DNA of 64,000 nucleotides from an uncultured Armatimonadetes bacterium (GTDB lineage: Bacteria; Armatimonadota; UBA5829), in contig CAVQDB010000005.1 of NCBI GenBank assembly GCA_963711155.1, positions 899,298 through 963,297 on the forward strand, in the 5' to 3' direction. A program made the position numbers and the translations under genes. Position 1 is the stretch's first letter. Each line of letters begins with the position of its first letter. The notes under the pieces are model-generated. The model was given only the letters and a program-made list of their open reading frames with translations. It made no database searches and was not told where the DNA came from. Shown one piece after another: positions 1 to 10,579 of the stretch.

Positions 1-2104
1 CACCATCAGCACCGCATCCATCCAACTCGCAAGCATCGGCCCGTCGCTGAACACGACCGTGCTCGGCGAATCGAACAGCACCAGGTCGCAGTGCTCCTCC
101 AAGCTTGCCCACGAGCTCGTGCATCCGCTCAGAGCCAAGCAGTTCCGACGGGTTCAGCGGCTGCGGACCGGCCGGAATCACTATCAGGTTATCGATCTCG
201 GTCTTCTGCAGCGCATCCGTAAGCGCGCTTGCCCTCTGCAGAAGCGTGCTCAGCCCCGCCTCGTTTGGAACGTCGAAGAACTCGTGCAGGCTCGGCCGCC
301 GCATATCCGCATCGATGAGGATGATCCGTTTGCCGATCTGGGCAAGCGCTATCGCAAGGTTGCATATCGTGGTAGTCGCGCCCTGGCCCGGCCGACCGGT
401 CGCGACCATGAGCGTCTTGAACGGGTTGTCGCGCAGCGTGAACAGTATATTGGTCCGCAGGATCCGGTACGACTCCGCCATCGCCGACAGCGGGTATAGA
501 TGCGTCAGCCTCGGAAGGCTTCCGTCCGCGCCCGTAAGCTGCGGCGTCAACCCCATCACCGGCAGTTCCAGCAGCTTCTCGACATCCGCCGCATTGCGCA
601 TCCTGTTATCGATGGAATCGAGCCAGACGACCGCAACCACCGCAAAGGCAAGCGACAGGGCCAGGCCGAACAGCAGCAGCAGCTTCCGCGAAGGCCCGAT
701 CTGAACCGGCTTGCCGAGAACGTGAGCCCACCCGTAGGGCACGATAGAGCCCGTCTTGGTAAACTCCTGCTCCGCGATCAGCGCCTGATCGTATTTCTCG
801 GACAACGTCCTATACGTGTTTTCCGCCTGAGTGTACTCGGTCATGAGTTCGGCCAACTCAGGCTGCTCCTGCGCCAGCTTGTTGATCTTAGCCTGCGCCT
901 GCACCGATGCTGGCCTCTATCGACGCGCTCCTGGCCCTGGCCTGCGCGAGCGCGTACTCGGCCTCTGATCGCTTCCTGGCCAGATCGAGGTGTATGTCGT
1001 TGACCACAGGCGAGTCATAGCTCGCGCCAGCCTTTGCTATGCGGTCCTTGAGTCCCGCAATCCTGGTCTGAGCGGCCTTGTAGAGATCGTGGTCGGGCTT
1101 GTAGCGCAAGGACAGCATGCGCATATCGCTCTCCGCCTGTGCGAGTTCCACCTGCAGCTTCTGCACTTCGGGGTTCATCTCCGAGGGCAGCTTCTGTCGA
1201 ACGACCAACGGCTGCACCGCCAACTGAGCGCCCACATCTCGCAGAGCCGCCTGAGCTTCTTGAATGGACGATTCGGCCGCGCTCTTCGCGGCGTTGAGGC
1301 TCGCCAGCGACGAGATCGCGCTGCCTGCCTCCGCATCCACGGACATCACGTTGTGCGTCTGCTTATACTCGGCCATCTTCTGGCGCATCGCATCGAGTTT
1401 GCCCTTAGCGTCCTCTTTGCTTGATCGCAGAAATGTCGTGTAGGTCTTTGTGTCTGCGCGGCTCTTGTCGCGGTAGGTCTCCGCAAAGGCCAGCGCTACC
1501 GCGTTCGCCAGATAGGGGACTACGTCACCGTTGTGCATTCTGACGGTGATACGAATGATATCGGTAGTCGTGCCCTTCTCGCCCACGCTGAGGTTCTGCA
1601 TCGGCGCGACGTCGAGCACTTCGGACCATTCCTGCGGGGTCAGAGGCCGGCCGGGTTCGATATCGATCTTGGTTATGGGATTCGCAGGGCACTTGGGCAA
1701 CTGCGTCTCCGGCGTATCGTCTCCACAAAGTCCCTGATCTCCCGTTCCTGCTCCGCTACAGGTCTCTCCAGAAACGAACGTGCCCTGTCGTAGACTTCTC
1801 CCTGCTGAGCAAGAATGATAAGGTTGCTGAGGATGACTTCCCGGTCCGGCACGACGCTGCGGTTGTCTCCCTTGTTGGCAGTCGTCAACCCGCCCTGCAT
1901 GACCTGGGCCGACGGGGACATATAAGCCGATGCTTCGTAGACGATCCTGGGCTTGGGCGCGGCTATCGCGATCACAAGCACGGTAACCCCGACGATCCCC
2001 GAGATCACCCACTTCCTATGCTTCACGACTCGGACTACATGCCAAAATCCCATTCGAGACCGCCTAATGGAGCTCGGCGCGACAGGTCGCCTTCCGTGGC
2101 TCAC
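1..2104 (-). CDS. Polysaccharide chain-length determinant / BY-kinase-like protein (Wzc/GumC/EpsB type); C-terminus runs off the window; at least 3 frame breaks
   Basis: N-terminal TM plus Wzz-like region is in ORF 1673..2104 and the long coiled coil in ORF 888..2012. My reverse translation of 1..887 gives a second TM and a P-loop ATPase block: 'LMVATGRPGQGATTTICNLAIALAQIGKRIILIDADMRRP...LIVIPAGP...CDLVLFDSPS'. Frames switch near ~1700, ~890 and ~107. Confidence 0.8.
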
Positions 2105-2253
2105 TACTCATGCATTATACCACGTCAGTCTCTGCCGCTTCCCATAGAGAATTGCGCGCACAGGCTCAACCAGCAGCGGTTGAGCTAGACGTATATACGG
2201 CTGCACGTTGTGATGAGTTCCGAGGTGAGGTCTGGTATCGCGTAGCGCGCCTG

Positions 2254-3054
2254 TTAGCAGGCGCCTCGCTTCAGCAGTACCGCGGGAATGGTGTAGGCCA
2301 GAATCCAGAGGTCGAGGAGTATGCTTCGCTCGTCGATATACTGCATGTCCATCCGGACACGATCCTCGTATGAGGTATTGCTGCGGCCCCTGGTCTGCCA
2401 CAGCCCGGTGATGCCGGGAGTGACCGTCTTGAACCGCTCGACGTTGGGGCCATAGATCGCCACTTCGTCGGCGTGTATCGGTCTGGGACCGACGAACGTC
2501 ATGTGCCCAAGGAACACGTTGATGAGCTGCGGCAACTCATCGAGGCTGGTCTTGCGCAGGAGTCTGCCCACGCTTGTTACGCGCGGGTCATCCTCGATCT
2601 TGCAGTTGATGTAATAGACCCTCCTGAGGTGCTCGTCTTCCGCCAGAATCTGCTCCGCGCCCGATACCATCGAGCGGAACTTGAGCATGTCGAAGCTCAT
2701 GCCGTTTCTGCCGACCACCCGGCGCCGGAACAGTATCGGCCCGGTGCCGCTCAGCCTCACAAGCAGTGCGAGCACTGCAAACACGGGGGCCAGCGCGATA
2801 AGCAGGCAGGACGACAGACAGAAATCGACACAGCGCTTGGTGATGAAATAGGCCGTTCCCACGCCGCGGCGCACCGCCGCCAGCTTCCGCCTTCGCCGCT
2901 CGACCGCAATCACCGCCCCTACGCCAAGAGGCGCGAGAACGGCGGCTGAGACTTCGGGGACCTGAGGCGTGTGGTTATCGTCGGCCCATGCCAGGCTTGA
3001 GCCTAGAATGACCAGGACAGGCACTATGAACAACAGGGCGGTAGTTGCACGCAA
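2254..3054 (-). CDS. Polyprenyl-phosphate glycosyl-1-phosphate transferase (bacterial sugar transferase, WbaP/EpsL type)
   Basis: Intact 266-aa ORF with N-terminal TM segments. C-terminal signature 'LDELPQLINVFLGHMTFVGPRP...TPGITGLWQ...RVRMDMQYI'. Lies next to the Wzc-like gene. Confidence 0.85.
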   Translation of the reverse strand: MRATTALLFIVPVLVILGSSLAWADDNHTPQVPEVSAAVLAPLGVGAVIAVERRRRKLAAVRRGVGTAYFITKRCVDFCLSSCLLIALAPVFAVLALLVRLSGTGPILFRRRVVGRNGMSFDMLKFRSMVSGAEQILAEDEHLRRVYYINCKIEDDPRVTSVGRLLRKTSLDELPQLINVFLGHMTFVGPRPIHADEVAIYGPNVERFKTVTPGITGLWQTRGRSNTSYEDRVRMDMQYIDERSILLDLWILAYTIPAVLLKRGAC

Positions 3055-3191
3055 ACCGCTTCACCCTCTCAAACGCATTCGCACTGAACCTCAGCAGAGC
3101 CGGGTCTGCCCACCCGTTCTTCGATGAATGAGAGTCAGCGTTACGATGCGTTGATCTTTACTGCGCAGAATTCGGCCCATCCGTATGAGGT

Positions 3192-3221
3192 AAACAACAG
3201 ACCCGCTCTTCCGTTAGCGGG
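3192..3221 (-). terminator. Putative intrinsic terminator after lipA
   Basis: On the minus strand about 44 nt after the lipA stop: stem CCCGCU/AGCGGG with an 8-nt loop, followed by UCUGUUGUUU. Confidence 0.45.
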
Positions 3222-3264
3222 CGAGCAAACACCGATTTCGTTATAGCACACATACGGAACAAAG

Positions 3265-4180
3265 TCAACCGCAGTCATATCCATCGCGCCAAAAACCGGT
3301 AATGGTACCAGCTTGCGACACTCTCCGCGGTACTTGTTCCATGACGCCCCGGCCCGCGTGATACGAACTGCGGACAAGAGGAGCGGATTCGACGCGCGAG
3401 AAGCCGAGTTCGAGCGCGATCCGCTTGAGACCCTCGAACTCATCAGGGGTGTAGTAGCGGGCGATTGGGTAATGCTGTTCAGAGGGCGCCAGGTATTGGC
3501 CGACGGTGAGCATGTCGCAGCGGGCCGAGCGCAGGTCGCGCATCGTCGCCAGAACCTCATCCCACGTCTCACCGGCGCCTACCATCAGACCGGACTTGGT
3601 GCGCAAGCGGCTATCCATCCCCTTCGCCTGACGAAGCAGCTCTATCGAACGGGCGTACACTGCCTGCGGGCGCACCGCCGGATAGCATCTCTCGACCGTT
3701 CTCCACGTTGTGATTGAGCACGTCCGGGCCCGCTTCGACCACGCAGCGAAGGGCGCTCTCGTCCCCTTGAAAATCGGGAATCAGCACTTCGATACTGCAG
3801 CCGGGCACGCACTCGCGAATGGCATGGATCGTCGCGGCGAAGGCGCTCGCGCCGCCGTCGGCTAGATCGTCGCGCGTGACACTCGTGACCACCGCGTGCT
3901 TGAGGCCCAGATGCCTGATCGCCTCCGCGACGCGCCTGGGTTCATCCTCGTCAACAGCCTCCGGCCGGCCGTGATCGACCGCGCAGAACGCACAGTTACG
4001 TGTGCAAGTATTTCCCAGAATCATAAACGTAGCTGTACGCTCACGCCAGCACTCGCCTATGTTCGGGCAATGCGCGCTCTGGCAGACAGTGTGCAGTCTC
4101 GCCGACTCCACCAGCCGCTTCAGCTCGCGATATTCCGCCCCGTCGGGGGCTTTGGCTCTTATCCAATCGGGACGCTTCAT
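3265..4180 (-). CDS. lipA: Lipoyl synthase, one frame break near ~3685
   Basis: ORFs 3611..4180 and 3265..3675 join to a full LipA. Motifs: '[12 protein letters not shown]', radical-SAM 'CTRNCAFC', 'RSSYHA'. The break looks like a single extra base in 'GAGA[A]CGG'. Confidence 0.9.
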
Positions 4181-4825
4181 CGGCCAGTGATTCCTAGCAC
4201 GCTGAGCAGCATGCCGGCGTAGCTCGACACATCTACGTCTTCCTTGGGCAGCTCAAGGGTGATGATAGGCAGGCGCTTGTCGAAGCCGTAGTAGTTGCCC
4301 ATCGAGCCGGGACAGGGGTAGCCTATGTCGCCGACGACCGGCAGGCCGGTTGCCCTGGATATGCGCCGCGCGAGTCTCACGCACGGACCGTTGTAGTTCA
4401 CACACGCAAGCGACGAGTGAAACGAAACGATCAGCCGCGGCTTGTAGTCACTCACGATCGCCATGATCGCCTTCGTCTCCGGCTCCGACCCCGCGACCTT
4501 CCCGCCGTAGAACTTGCCGGACTTCGTCGCCCGTGCCGAACGTCCTATCGGGGAAATTGCGGTTGATATCGACCCTGTTCGCGTTCTGGCGCTTGTTGGC
4601 GGCGTAGCCGTCCGGGTTCGCGCACGGCATGAGCACGATCCGGTGCCCATCGAGTGCATCCGCCGGCGCTTTCGAGAGCACCGCGTGGATCGCGCGAACG
4701 ATGTCTACGCCACGCTGTTCGTCACCGTGCACACCGGCCATGATCAGCGTGACCTTCGGCCCGGAGCCGAATGCGTAGACCTCTATCGGGCGCTCTTCAA
4801 TCGAAGTGAATTGGTGCTTGCACAT
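4177..4825 (-). CDS. M14-family zinc carboxypeptidase (MpaA / gamma-D-Glu-mDAP peptidase-like), one frame break near ~4520
   Basis: '[13 protein letters not shown]', 'NPDGYA...[12 protein letters not shown]' in ORF 4448..4825. 'GSEPETKAI...LIVSFHS' in ORF 4177..4659. ATGA-type overlap with the lipA start. Confidence 0.75.
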
Positions 4826-4849
4826 AGCTCAGTTACCCACCCCGCGCAA

Positions 4850-4885
4850 GTCCTGAGTAGCCCTGAAAGGGCGTATCGAAGGGCG
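4850..4885. repeat. REP-A family copy (GCAAGTCCTGAGTAG...CGTATCGAAGGGCG)
   Basis: Intergenic. Shares CCTGAGTAG and CGTATCGAAGGGCG with copies at 16361-16465, 16787-16823, 27528-27565 and 32987-33383. Confidence 0.75.
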
Positions 4886-4905
4886 CGGCGCGTACCGCCC
4901 GGCAC

Positions 4906-5745
4906 TCACGCGGATGGCGAGCAGACCGCGCGCAGCAGGAAGTCCCGCGAGTCCTTCAGCGTCTGGATCGGATCGCCGTCCGACGTGATCTCCAGACAGA
5001 TGACGGCGTCGTCGCGCAGTTCGCCGATGGCCTCGATGACGGGCGGCCAGTCGATATTGCCCTGGCCCGGCGGCAGGTGCAGGTCCTTCTCGCCGAGGTT
5101 ATCATCGACATGCACCTCAAGGATAAGCTCGCCAAACTCCTTCAGGAACGCCTCGGGCCGAATACCGTCCAGCGTGCAGCTTCGGTTCGCGTGACCGACG
5201 TCGATGCATATCCCCAGCCCGGTCCGTTCCGGCTCCGCGCCGACCATGTCCAGCGCCCGCCTCAACGAATTGACCCCCGTCTTGCCAAGGTTTTCAAGCG
5301 CGAGCATCACGCCGTTATCGAGAGCGAACCTGCACAGGTCCCGCACCTCAGATTCCGCCGGCCGGCAGTCCTCGATGTCCAGCCCGAGTACGTATGGATG
5401 AATCACCATCAACGGAATCCCGATCCGCGCAGCCAGCAGCGCTTCCTCCCGAAACGCGTCCGGGTTCCACGTGTTGAGGCACGCGTGCGTGGTCATGATC
5501 TTCGCCACCCGGCATATCTCGGTCAAATGCTCGATCGTCTCCTCCGACGGTCGCTCCCTCAGCATCCAATGATCCGCCAGCAGCACCTCGACCCCGAACC
5601 CGGCCTCCACCACCCGCCGCGCCGTCTCGGGAATCGAAAGCTCGCAGCTCGACTTCCCCCGAATGCCGTAGAAGACCTCTACAGAGGCGATCATATCGCG
5701 TGCCATACTAACAACGACTGCCTCCTGCGATGGCGTCCGCGCCAA
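4906..5745 (-). CDS. Sugar-phosphate isomerase/epimerase (xylose-isomerase-like TIM barrel)
   Basis: Intact 279-aa ORF with 'MLALENL', 'ICIDVGHAN', 'EVHVDDN' metal-ligand-like pattern typical of the AP-endo2/XI TIM-barrel family. Confidence 0.7.
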   Translation of the reverse strand: MARTPSQEAVVVSMARDMIASVEVFYGIRGKSSCELSIPETARRVVEAGFGVEVLLADHWMLRERPSEETIEHLTEICRVAKIMTTHACLNTWNPDAFREEALLAARIGIPLMVIHPYVLGLDIEDCRPAESEVRDLCRFALDNGVMLALENLGKTGVNSLRRALDMVGAEPERTGLGICIDVGHANRSCTLDGIRPEAFLKEFGELILEVHVDDNLGEKDLHLPPGQGNIDWPPVIEAIGELRDDAVICLEITSDGDPIQTLKDSRDFLLRAVCSPSA

Positions 5746-5775
5746 TTCGTATTTCGTAATTCGTAATTCGTAATT
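5746..5775. repeat. Short-period tract (TTCGTAA/TTCGTAT)n between gene ends
   Basis: 'TTCGTATTTCGTAATTCGTAATTCGTAATTC' fills the gap between the lepA stop (5776) and the start of the downstream gene (5745). The same motif recurs at 19146-19190. Confidence 0.9.
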
Positions 5776-7605
5776 CTATTTGTCGTCCCCTATCTTCAGC
5801 ACACTCATAAACGCTTCCTGCGGGACTTCGACGCTGCCGATGGACTTCATGCGCTTCTTGCCCTCTTTCTGCTTTTCGAGGAGCTTGCGCTTGCGGGTGA
5901 TGTCGCCGCCGTAGCATTTGGCCGTGACGTTCTTGCGGATAGGGCTTCACGGTCGCCGCGGCGATGATCTTGCTGGCCGAGCGTCGCCTGGATTCGGACT
6001 TCATACTGCTGGCGCGGGATCACTTCCTTGAGCCGTTCGACCAGCACCTTCGCCCGCGAGTAGGCGCGGTCGCGGTGGGTGATGAACGAGAGCGCATCGA
6101 CCGGATCGCCGTTGAGCATCACGTTCGAGCTTGCTGAAAGCTTGCGAGACCTCGTAGTCGGAGAACTCGTAGTCGAACGAGGCATAGCCGCGCGTGCGGC
6201 TCTTGAGCGCGTCGAAGAAGTCCATCACGATCTCGGCGAGCGGCAGCTTGTAGTGGATCATCACCCGATCGGGCGCGGGATACTCCATGTCGACGTAGAT
6301 CCCCCGCCTCTCCCTGCAAAGCTCGATCGCATACGCCGACGTATTCGCTCGGCACGAGGATCGTCGCGATGCGACGAACGGCTCCTCCACCTCCTCGATC
6401 TCGGTCGGAGGCGGGAGATTGTTCGGGATTCTCGATATCGAGATACGTCACCGCTGGTCTTGATCACGCGATAGACCACGCTCGGCGCGGTCGCGATAAG
6501 GGTCAGATCGAACTCGCGCTCCAGCCGCTCCTGCACGATGTCCATGTGCAGCAGCCCGAGGAATCCGCATCGAAAGCCGAACCCCAGGGCCGCGGAGCTT
6601 TCGGGCTCGTAAGTAAGCGCGGCGTCATTGAGCTGAAGCTTGACCAGAGCGTCGCGCAGAGACGGTATACTGCCCGGAATCGGTCGGGAACAGGCCGCAG
6701 AACACCATCGGCTTCACATCGCGATAGCCCGGCAGAGGCTCGGTAGCCGGCCGCGACGGCGTCGGTGACGGTGTCCCCCACCCGCGTATCGCCGACGTTC
6801 TTCATGCCCGCCGTGAAGTAGCCGACTTCGCCGGCCCCGAGCGAGCTCGTCGGCTCGACATCTCGGGCTTGAACACACCGACACCCGCTGACCTCGAACT
6901 CCTTGCCGCTCGCCATCATGCGAATTCGCATGCCGGGCTTGATCTCGCCGTCCACGACCCGAAGATACGCCACGACGCCCAGGTATTGATCGAAGTGGGA
7001 GTCGAATATCAGCGCCCGCAGCGGCTTCGCCGCATCGCCCGATGGCGGCGGGACGCTCTTGACGATCGCCTCAAGGACCTCCTCGGTGCCGATTCCCTGC
7101 CTGCGCGCTGGCCAGAATCGCCTCGGAGGCATCCACCGCCACCACGTTCTCGATCTCCTCCCGCACGCGCTCGGGATCGGCCAGTTCGAGATCGATCTTG
7201 TTGATGACCGGGATGATCTCCAGATTGGCGGCCATGGCGAGGTTGGTGTTGGCGAGCGTCTGCGCCTCCACGCCCTGGCTCGCATCCACCACGAGAATCG
7301 CGCCCTCGCACGCCATCAGCGAGCGCGAGACTTCGTAGTTGAAGTCCACGTGACCGGGGGTGTCGATGAGGTTGAGCTCATAAGTCTGCGCCGTCCTTGG
7401 CCGTGTACTCCAGCCGGACGGCGGTCATCTTGATCGTGATGCCGCGCTCGCGCTCCAGGTCCATGCCGTCGAGGACCTGGTCTTTCATCTCTCGGTCGTC
7501 GATTGCGCCGGTGAACTGGAGTATGCGGTCGGCAAGCGTGGACTTGCCGTGGTCGATATGGGCTATGATGCAGAAGTTGCGGATATGCGACTGGGTCCTG
7601 TTCAT
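5776..7605 (-). CDS. lepA: Elongation factor 4 (LepA), shattered by at least 7 frame breaks
   Basis: '[18 protein letters not shown]' with ATG at 7605. '[33 protein letters not shown]...NKIDL' in ORF 7071..7349. Further pieces lie in ORFs 6503..7285, 6261..6545, 6001..6390, 5847..6185 and 5708..6004. My translation of the 3' end gives '[20 protein letters not shown]' with the stop at 5776. Confidence 0.9.
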
Positions 7606-7663
7606 TACCTCTATTCTACCAGAGGAAGGGGCGAACACGGAAGCGCGGAGAAGGGGAATCGGC

Positions 7664-7738
7664 AAAGGGGGAAAGACAGAAAGGGAGAAAGGCAGTTCTG
7701 AAGCCCTCTCTTCTACCTTTCTGGTTTTCCCCCTTTCC
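7664..7738. repeat. Purine-arm/pyrimidine-arm long hairpin (AAAGGGGGAAAGACAGAAAGGGAGAAAGG ... CCTCTCTTCTACCTTTCTGGTTTTCCCCCTTT)
   Basis: Imperfect inverted repeat between the oxidoreductase stop (7713) and the lepA start (7605). Possible terminator. Related arms occur at 47780-47817 and 61577-61773. Confidence 0.6.
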
Positions 7739-8882
7739 CGATCAATTCCCATGAGCCGCCTTGGTTCGACGCTATGGCGGCGTCGCAGATGCGCTGGACC
7801 GCGGCGCCGTCGTCGAAGCTCGGATCGCCCGGGCGCGACCCGACGACGTTGGACACGAATGAATACAGGCTGGCGATATGGAACCGCATCCAGCCCACAG
7901 GCGCCTTGCCGCCCGGCAGAACCGCCGGTTTCGGATAGTTCTGAGTCGTCTCGACCCGCTGCCAGCCGCGCTCGCCGCCGTAAACGCCACCCGCCCTCGT
8001 GTCGTCGTAGACCGACAGCCAGTTCGCATCCATCAGGTCGAACGCGATCGACCCGCGCGAGCCGTTGATCTCGAACCGCAGATCGTCGGTCGCGCCGGTC
8101 GCGATGCGAGAGACTTCGATACTGCCCAGCGCGCCGTTCGGCAGTTCGACCTGCATCATCGCCATATCATCCACCGTCACCGGCACAAGCTCGGGACTGC
8201 CGGCGTGCGTGGGCCGCTCCTTAATGAGCGTGCGGAAGCGTGCGTTGACCTTGCCAAAATCGCCGGCCAGCCAGCGGATGATGTCGATGATGTGCGTCCC
8301 GAGATCGAGCAGCGCCCCGGCCCCGCTCGTCTCGCGCCTCATCTTCCAACTGATCGGCCGCTTGGGATCGTTGTAGCCGGTGTGCAGATACACCGCGCGG
8401 AACGAGAGCACATCGCCGAGAAAACCGTCCTCCACCAACTGCCTCGCGCGCAGCAATGCCGGACAGAACCGGTTATGGAACGTCACCTGGCAGGTCAGGC
8501 CCGACTCGCGCGCCAGGTCGGCCATCTCCTGCGCGTCGGAGCCGGTCATCGCGAGCGGCTTGTCGCAGTAGACGTGCTTGCCCGCGCCAATCGCCGCCAT
8601 CGCGTGCTCCTTGTGCAGGTAGTTAGGGGTGCAGACGTTGATGATGTGAATGTCCGGTCTTTCGAGAAGGTCTCTGTAGTCGGGCGTCGCAAACTCATAG
8701 CCGGCGCTCTCCAATGCGACCGCTCGGCTGGCCTCACTTGGCGCGCACGCGCCCACCAGCTTGATACGAAACGGCAGCGGGTGGTAGACGAACGGCAGCG
8801 ACGCATATGCGTAGCTGTGCATCTTGCCCATATAGCCGTAGCCAACCATCCCAACGCCAAGAGTCGAAACGTCCTTGCCCAC
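7713..8882 (-). CDS. Gfo/Idh/MocA-family NAD(P)-dependent oxidoreductase
   Basis: Intact 389-aa ORF with N-terminal Rossmann '[14 protein letters not shown]' and 'EKPLA'-like 'CDKPLAMT'. Confidence 0.8.
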   Translation of the reverse strand: MGKDVSTLGVGMVGYGYMGKMHSYAYASLPFVYHPLPFRIKLVGACAPSEASRAVALESAGYEFATPDYRDLLERPDIHIINVCTPNYLHKEHAMAAIGAGKHVYCDKPLAMTGSDAQEMADLARESGLTCQVTFHNRFCPALLRARQLVEDGFLGDVLSFRAVYLHTGYNDPKRPISWKMRRETSGAGALLDLGTHIIDIIRWLAGDFGKVNARFRTLIKERPTHAGSPELVPVTVDDMAMMQVELPNGALGSIEVSRIATGATDDLRFEINGSRGSIAFDLMDANWLSVYDDTRAGGVYGGERGWQRVETTQNYPKPAVLPGGKAPVGWMRFHIASLYSFVSNVVGSRPGDPSFDDGAAVQRICDAAIASNQGGSWELIGKGGKPER

Positions 8883-8901
8883 GCTCAGATCTCCTCAATA
8901 A

Positions 8902-8993
8902 CACGTCATGAATAACACGTCATGCTCGAACTTGATTCAGCATCCAGACCACCAGCATCCACACTTGGACCCTGAATCAAATCCAGGGTGACG
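8902..8993. repeat. REP-B family element (GTCATGCTSGAACTTGATTCAGCATCC ... GGACCCTGAATCAAATCCAGGGTGAC)
   Basis: Two mutually inverted arms, each itself a small palindrome. Sits in a divergent intergenic region. Confidence 0.85.
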
Positions 8994-9026
8994 TGCTGCC
9001 ACACGTATTATATCAGCGGACGCGAA

Positions 9027-9055
9027 TGACCCGCAATGCTCATCTGTGGTATACT
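9027..9055 (+). promoter_or_regulatory. Putative sigma70-type promoter (extended -10 TGgTATACT) for the sulfatase gene
   Basis: TATACT at 9050-9055 preceded by TGG. Weak -35 TGACCC at 9027-9032. GGAGAC Shine-Dalgarno lies 6 nt before the ATG at 9086. Confidence 0.4.
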
Positions 9056-9085
9056 GGCGCAAACCAACCCCGCTGGAGACACTAC

Positions 9086-10579
9086 ATGAACGTCATTCTG
9101 ATCCTTATCGATAGCTGCAATCGCCATTATCTCTCCCCTTACGGATGCACCACCGTCTCGACGCCCAATGTATGCGCGCTAGCCGACAGAGGAGTCACGT
9201 TCACCAACCACTTCATCGGCTCAGCGCCCTGCATGCCGGCCCGTCGCGAGATGATGACCGGACGCCGGGAGTTCCTCTACAGGGGCTGGGGGCATATCGA
9301 ACCGTTCGACGCGCCCGTTGCGCGTGAGTGCGCCAGGGCCGGCGCGGTGACGCAGATGGTCACCGACCACTACCACTACTGGGAGAACGGCGCCCACGGC
9401 TACATAGAGCACTTCAACGGCTGCGAGATGATCCGCGGCCACGAAAACGACTATTGGAAGACCGAAAAGCAGCCCAACGAGCCCGATTGGGTCGCCGCTA
9501 TCAACAAACACAGGCCGGGCTGGGGCAGCAGATACTATCGCAACGTCGCTCAATTCAAAAGTGAGGAAGACTTCTTCTCGCCCAGGGTGTTCAAGGCCGC
9601 GGCCGAGTGGCTGGAGGCGAACCGAAACCAGGACAAGTTCTTCCTCCAGATCGAGAGCTTCGACGCCCACGAGCCGTTCCACGTGCCGGAGCCATATCGG
9701 TCCATGTACACCGATGACCTGAACCCCGAATACACCTGCTGGCCACCATATCAGAACGGCGAGCAGCGGAAGGCGTTCCTGAACCAGACCAGCCTCGAGG
9801 AGCTTGCGTACATTAGAGCGCAGTATCAGGGCAAGCTGACCATGGTCGATAAGGCGCTCGGGCAGGTCTGGGCGGTGATGGACAAGCACCATCTATGGGA
9901 CAACACGATGGTCATCCTCACAGCCGACCACGGTCACGAGCTCGCCGAGGCCATCACCGACCTTAGCGAGATCACGCCGGACGCGCGCGACGCCACCATG
10001 CGAATCCCGTTCGGCAAGCAGCACCCGCACTACCTCAGCCACGCCAACATCCCGCTCGTCGTCTGGCATCCGCACCTGACCAACGGCGGCGCGCGAACTG
10101 ATGCGATCACCTGCTCGGTCGATATGTATGCGACGGTGCTGGACGCACTCGGCGCGAGCGGCGTCAACGCGGTCCACAGCCGCTCAATACTCCCCATTCT
10201 TGCGGGCGAGAGCCCCGGAAGGGATTTCGCCTACTGGGGCACGTTCGGCGAGGGCTGCTGCTGCACGGATGGCGAACACGTCCTCTCCCAGGGGGCGAAA
10301 AGGGGCGGCGAGCTCTACTGGTACAGCGCTCTGGGCAGTTCGCCGGACGCCGTCGCCGGCAAGTTCATCAAGGGAGTAGATTGCCCGGTCTGGCGAATTC
10401 CAAGAGCCGCCAACTTCGAGTTCCCGTCGATCCTCTACAGGCGGGACACGCCATTGTTCAGCGAGACGAATATCATCGAGCAGAATTCCGACGTCGCCGA
10501 CCGGCTCCGCAAGCGCCTCAAAGATAAACTGGACGAAGAAGGCTGCCCGACCGAGCAGTACGACAGGCTGGGCCTGTAG
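9086..10579 (+). CDS. Sulfatase (formylglycine-dependent arylsulfatase family)
   Basis: Intact ORF. 'ILILIDSCNRH', C-x-P-x-R motif 'SAPCMPARREMMTGR', and 'LTADHGHEL'. I prefer the ATG at 9086 because of its SD, rather than the track start at 8993. Confidence 0.85.
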   Translation: MNVILILIDSCNRHYLSPYGCTTVSTPNVCALADRGVTFTNHFIGSAPCMPARREMMTGRREFLYRGWGHIEPFDAPVARECARAGAVTQMVTDHYHYWENGAHGYIEHFNGCEMIRGHENDYWKTEKQPNEPDWVAAINKHRPGWGSRYYRNVAQFKSEEDFFSPRVFKAAAEWLEANRNQDKFFLQIESFDAHEPFHVPEPYRSMYTDDLNPEYTCWPPYQNGEQRKAFLNQTSLEELAYIRAQYQGKLTMVDKALGQVWAVMDKHHLWDNTMVILTADHGHELAEAITDLSEITPDARDATMRIPFGKQHPHYLSHANIPLVVWHPHLTNGGARTDAITCSVDMYATVLDALGASGVNAVHSRSILPILAGESPGRDFAYWGTFGEGCCCTDGEHVLSQGAKRGGELYWYSALGSSPDAVAGKFIKGVDCPVWRIPRAANFEFPSILYRRDTPLFSETNIIEQNSDVADRLRKRLKDKLDEEGCPTEQYDRLGL

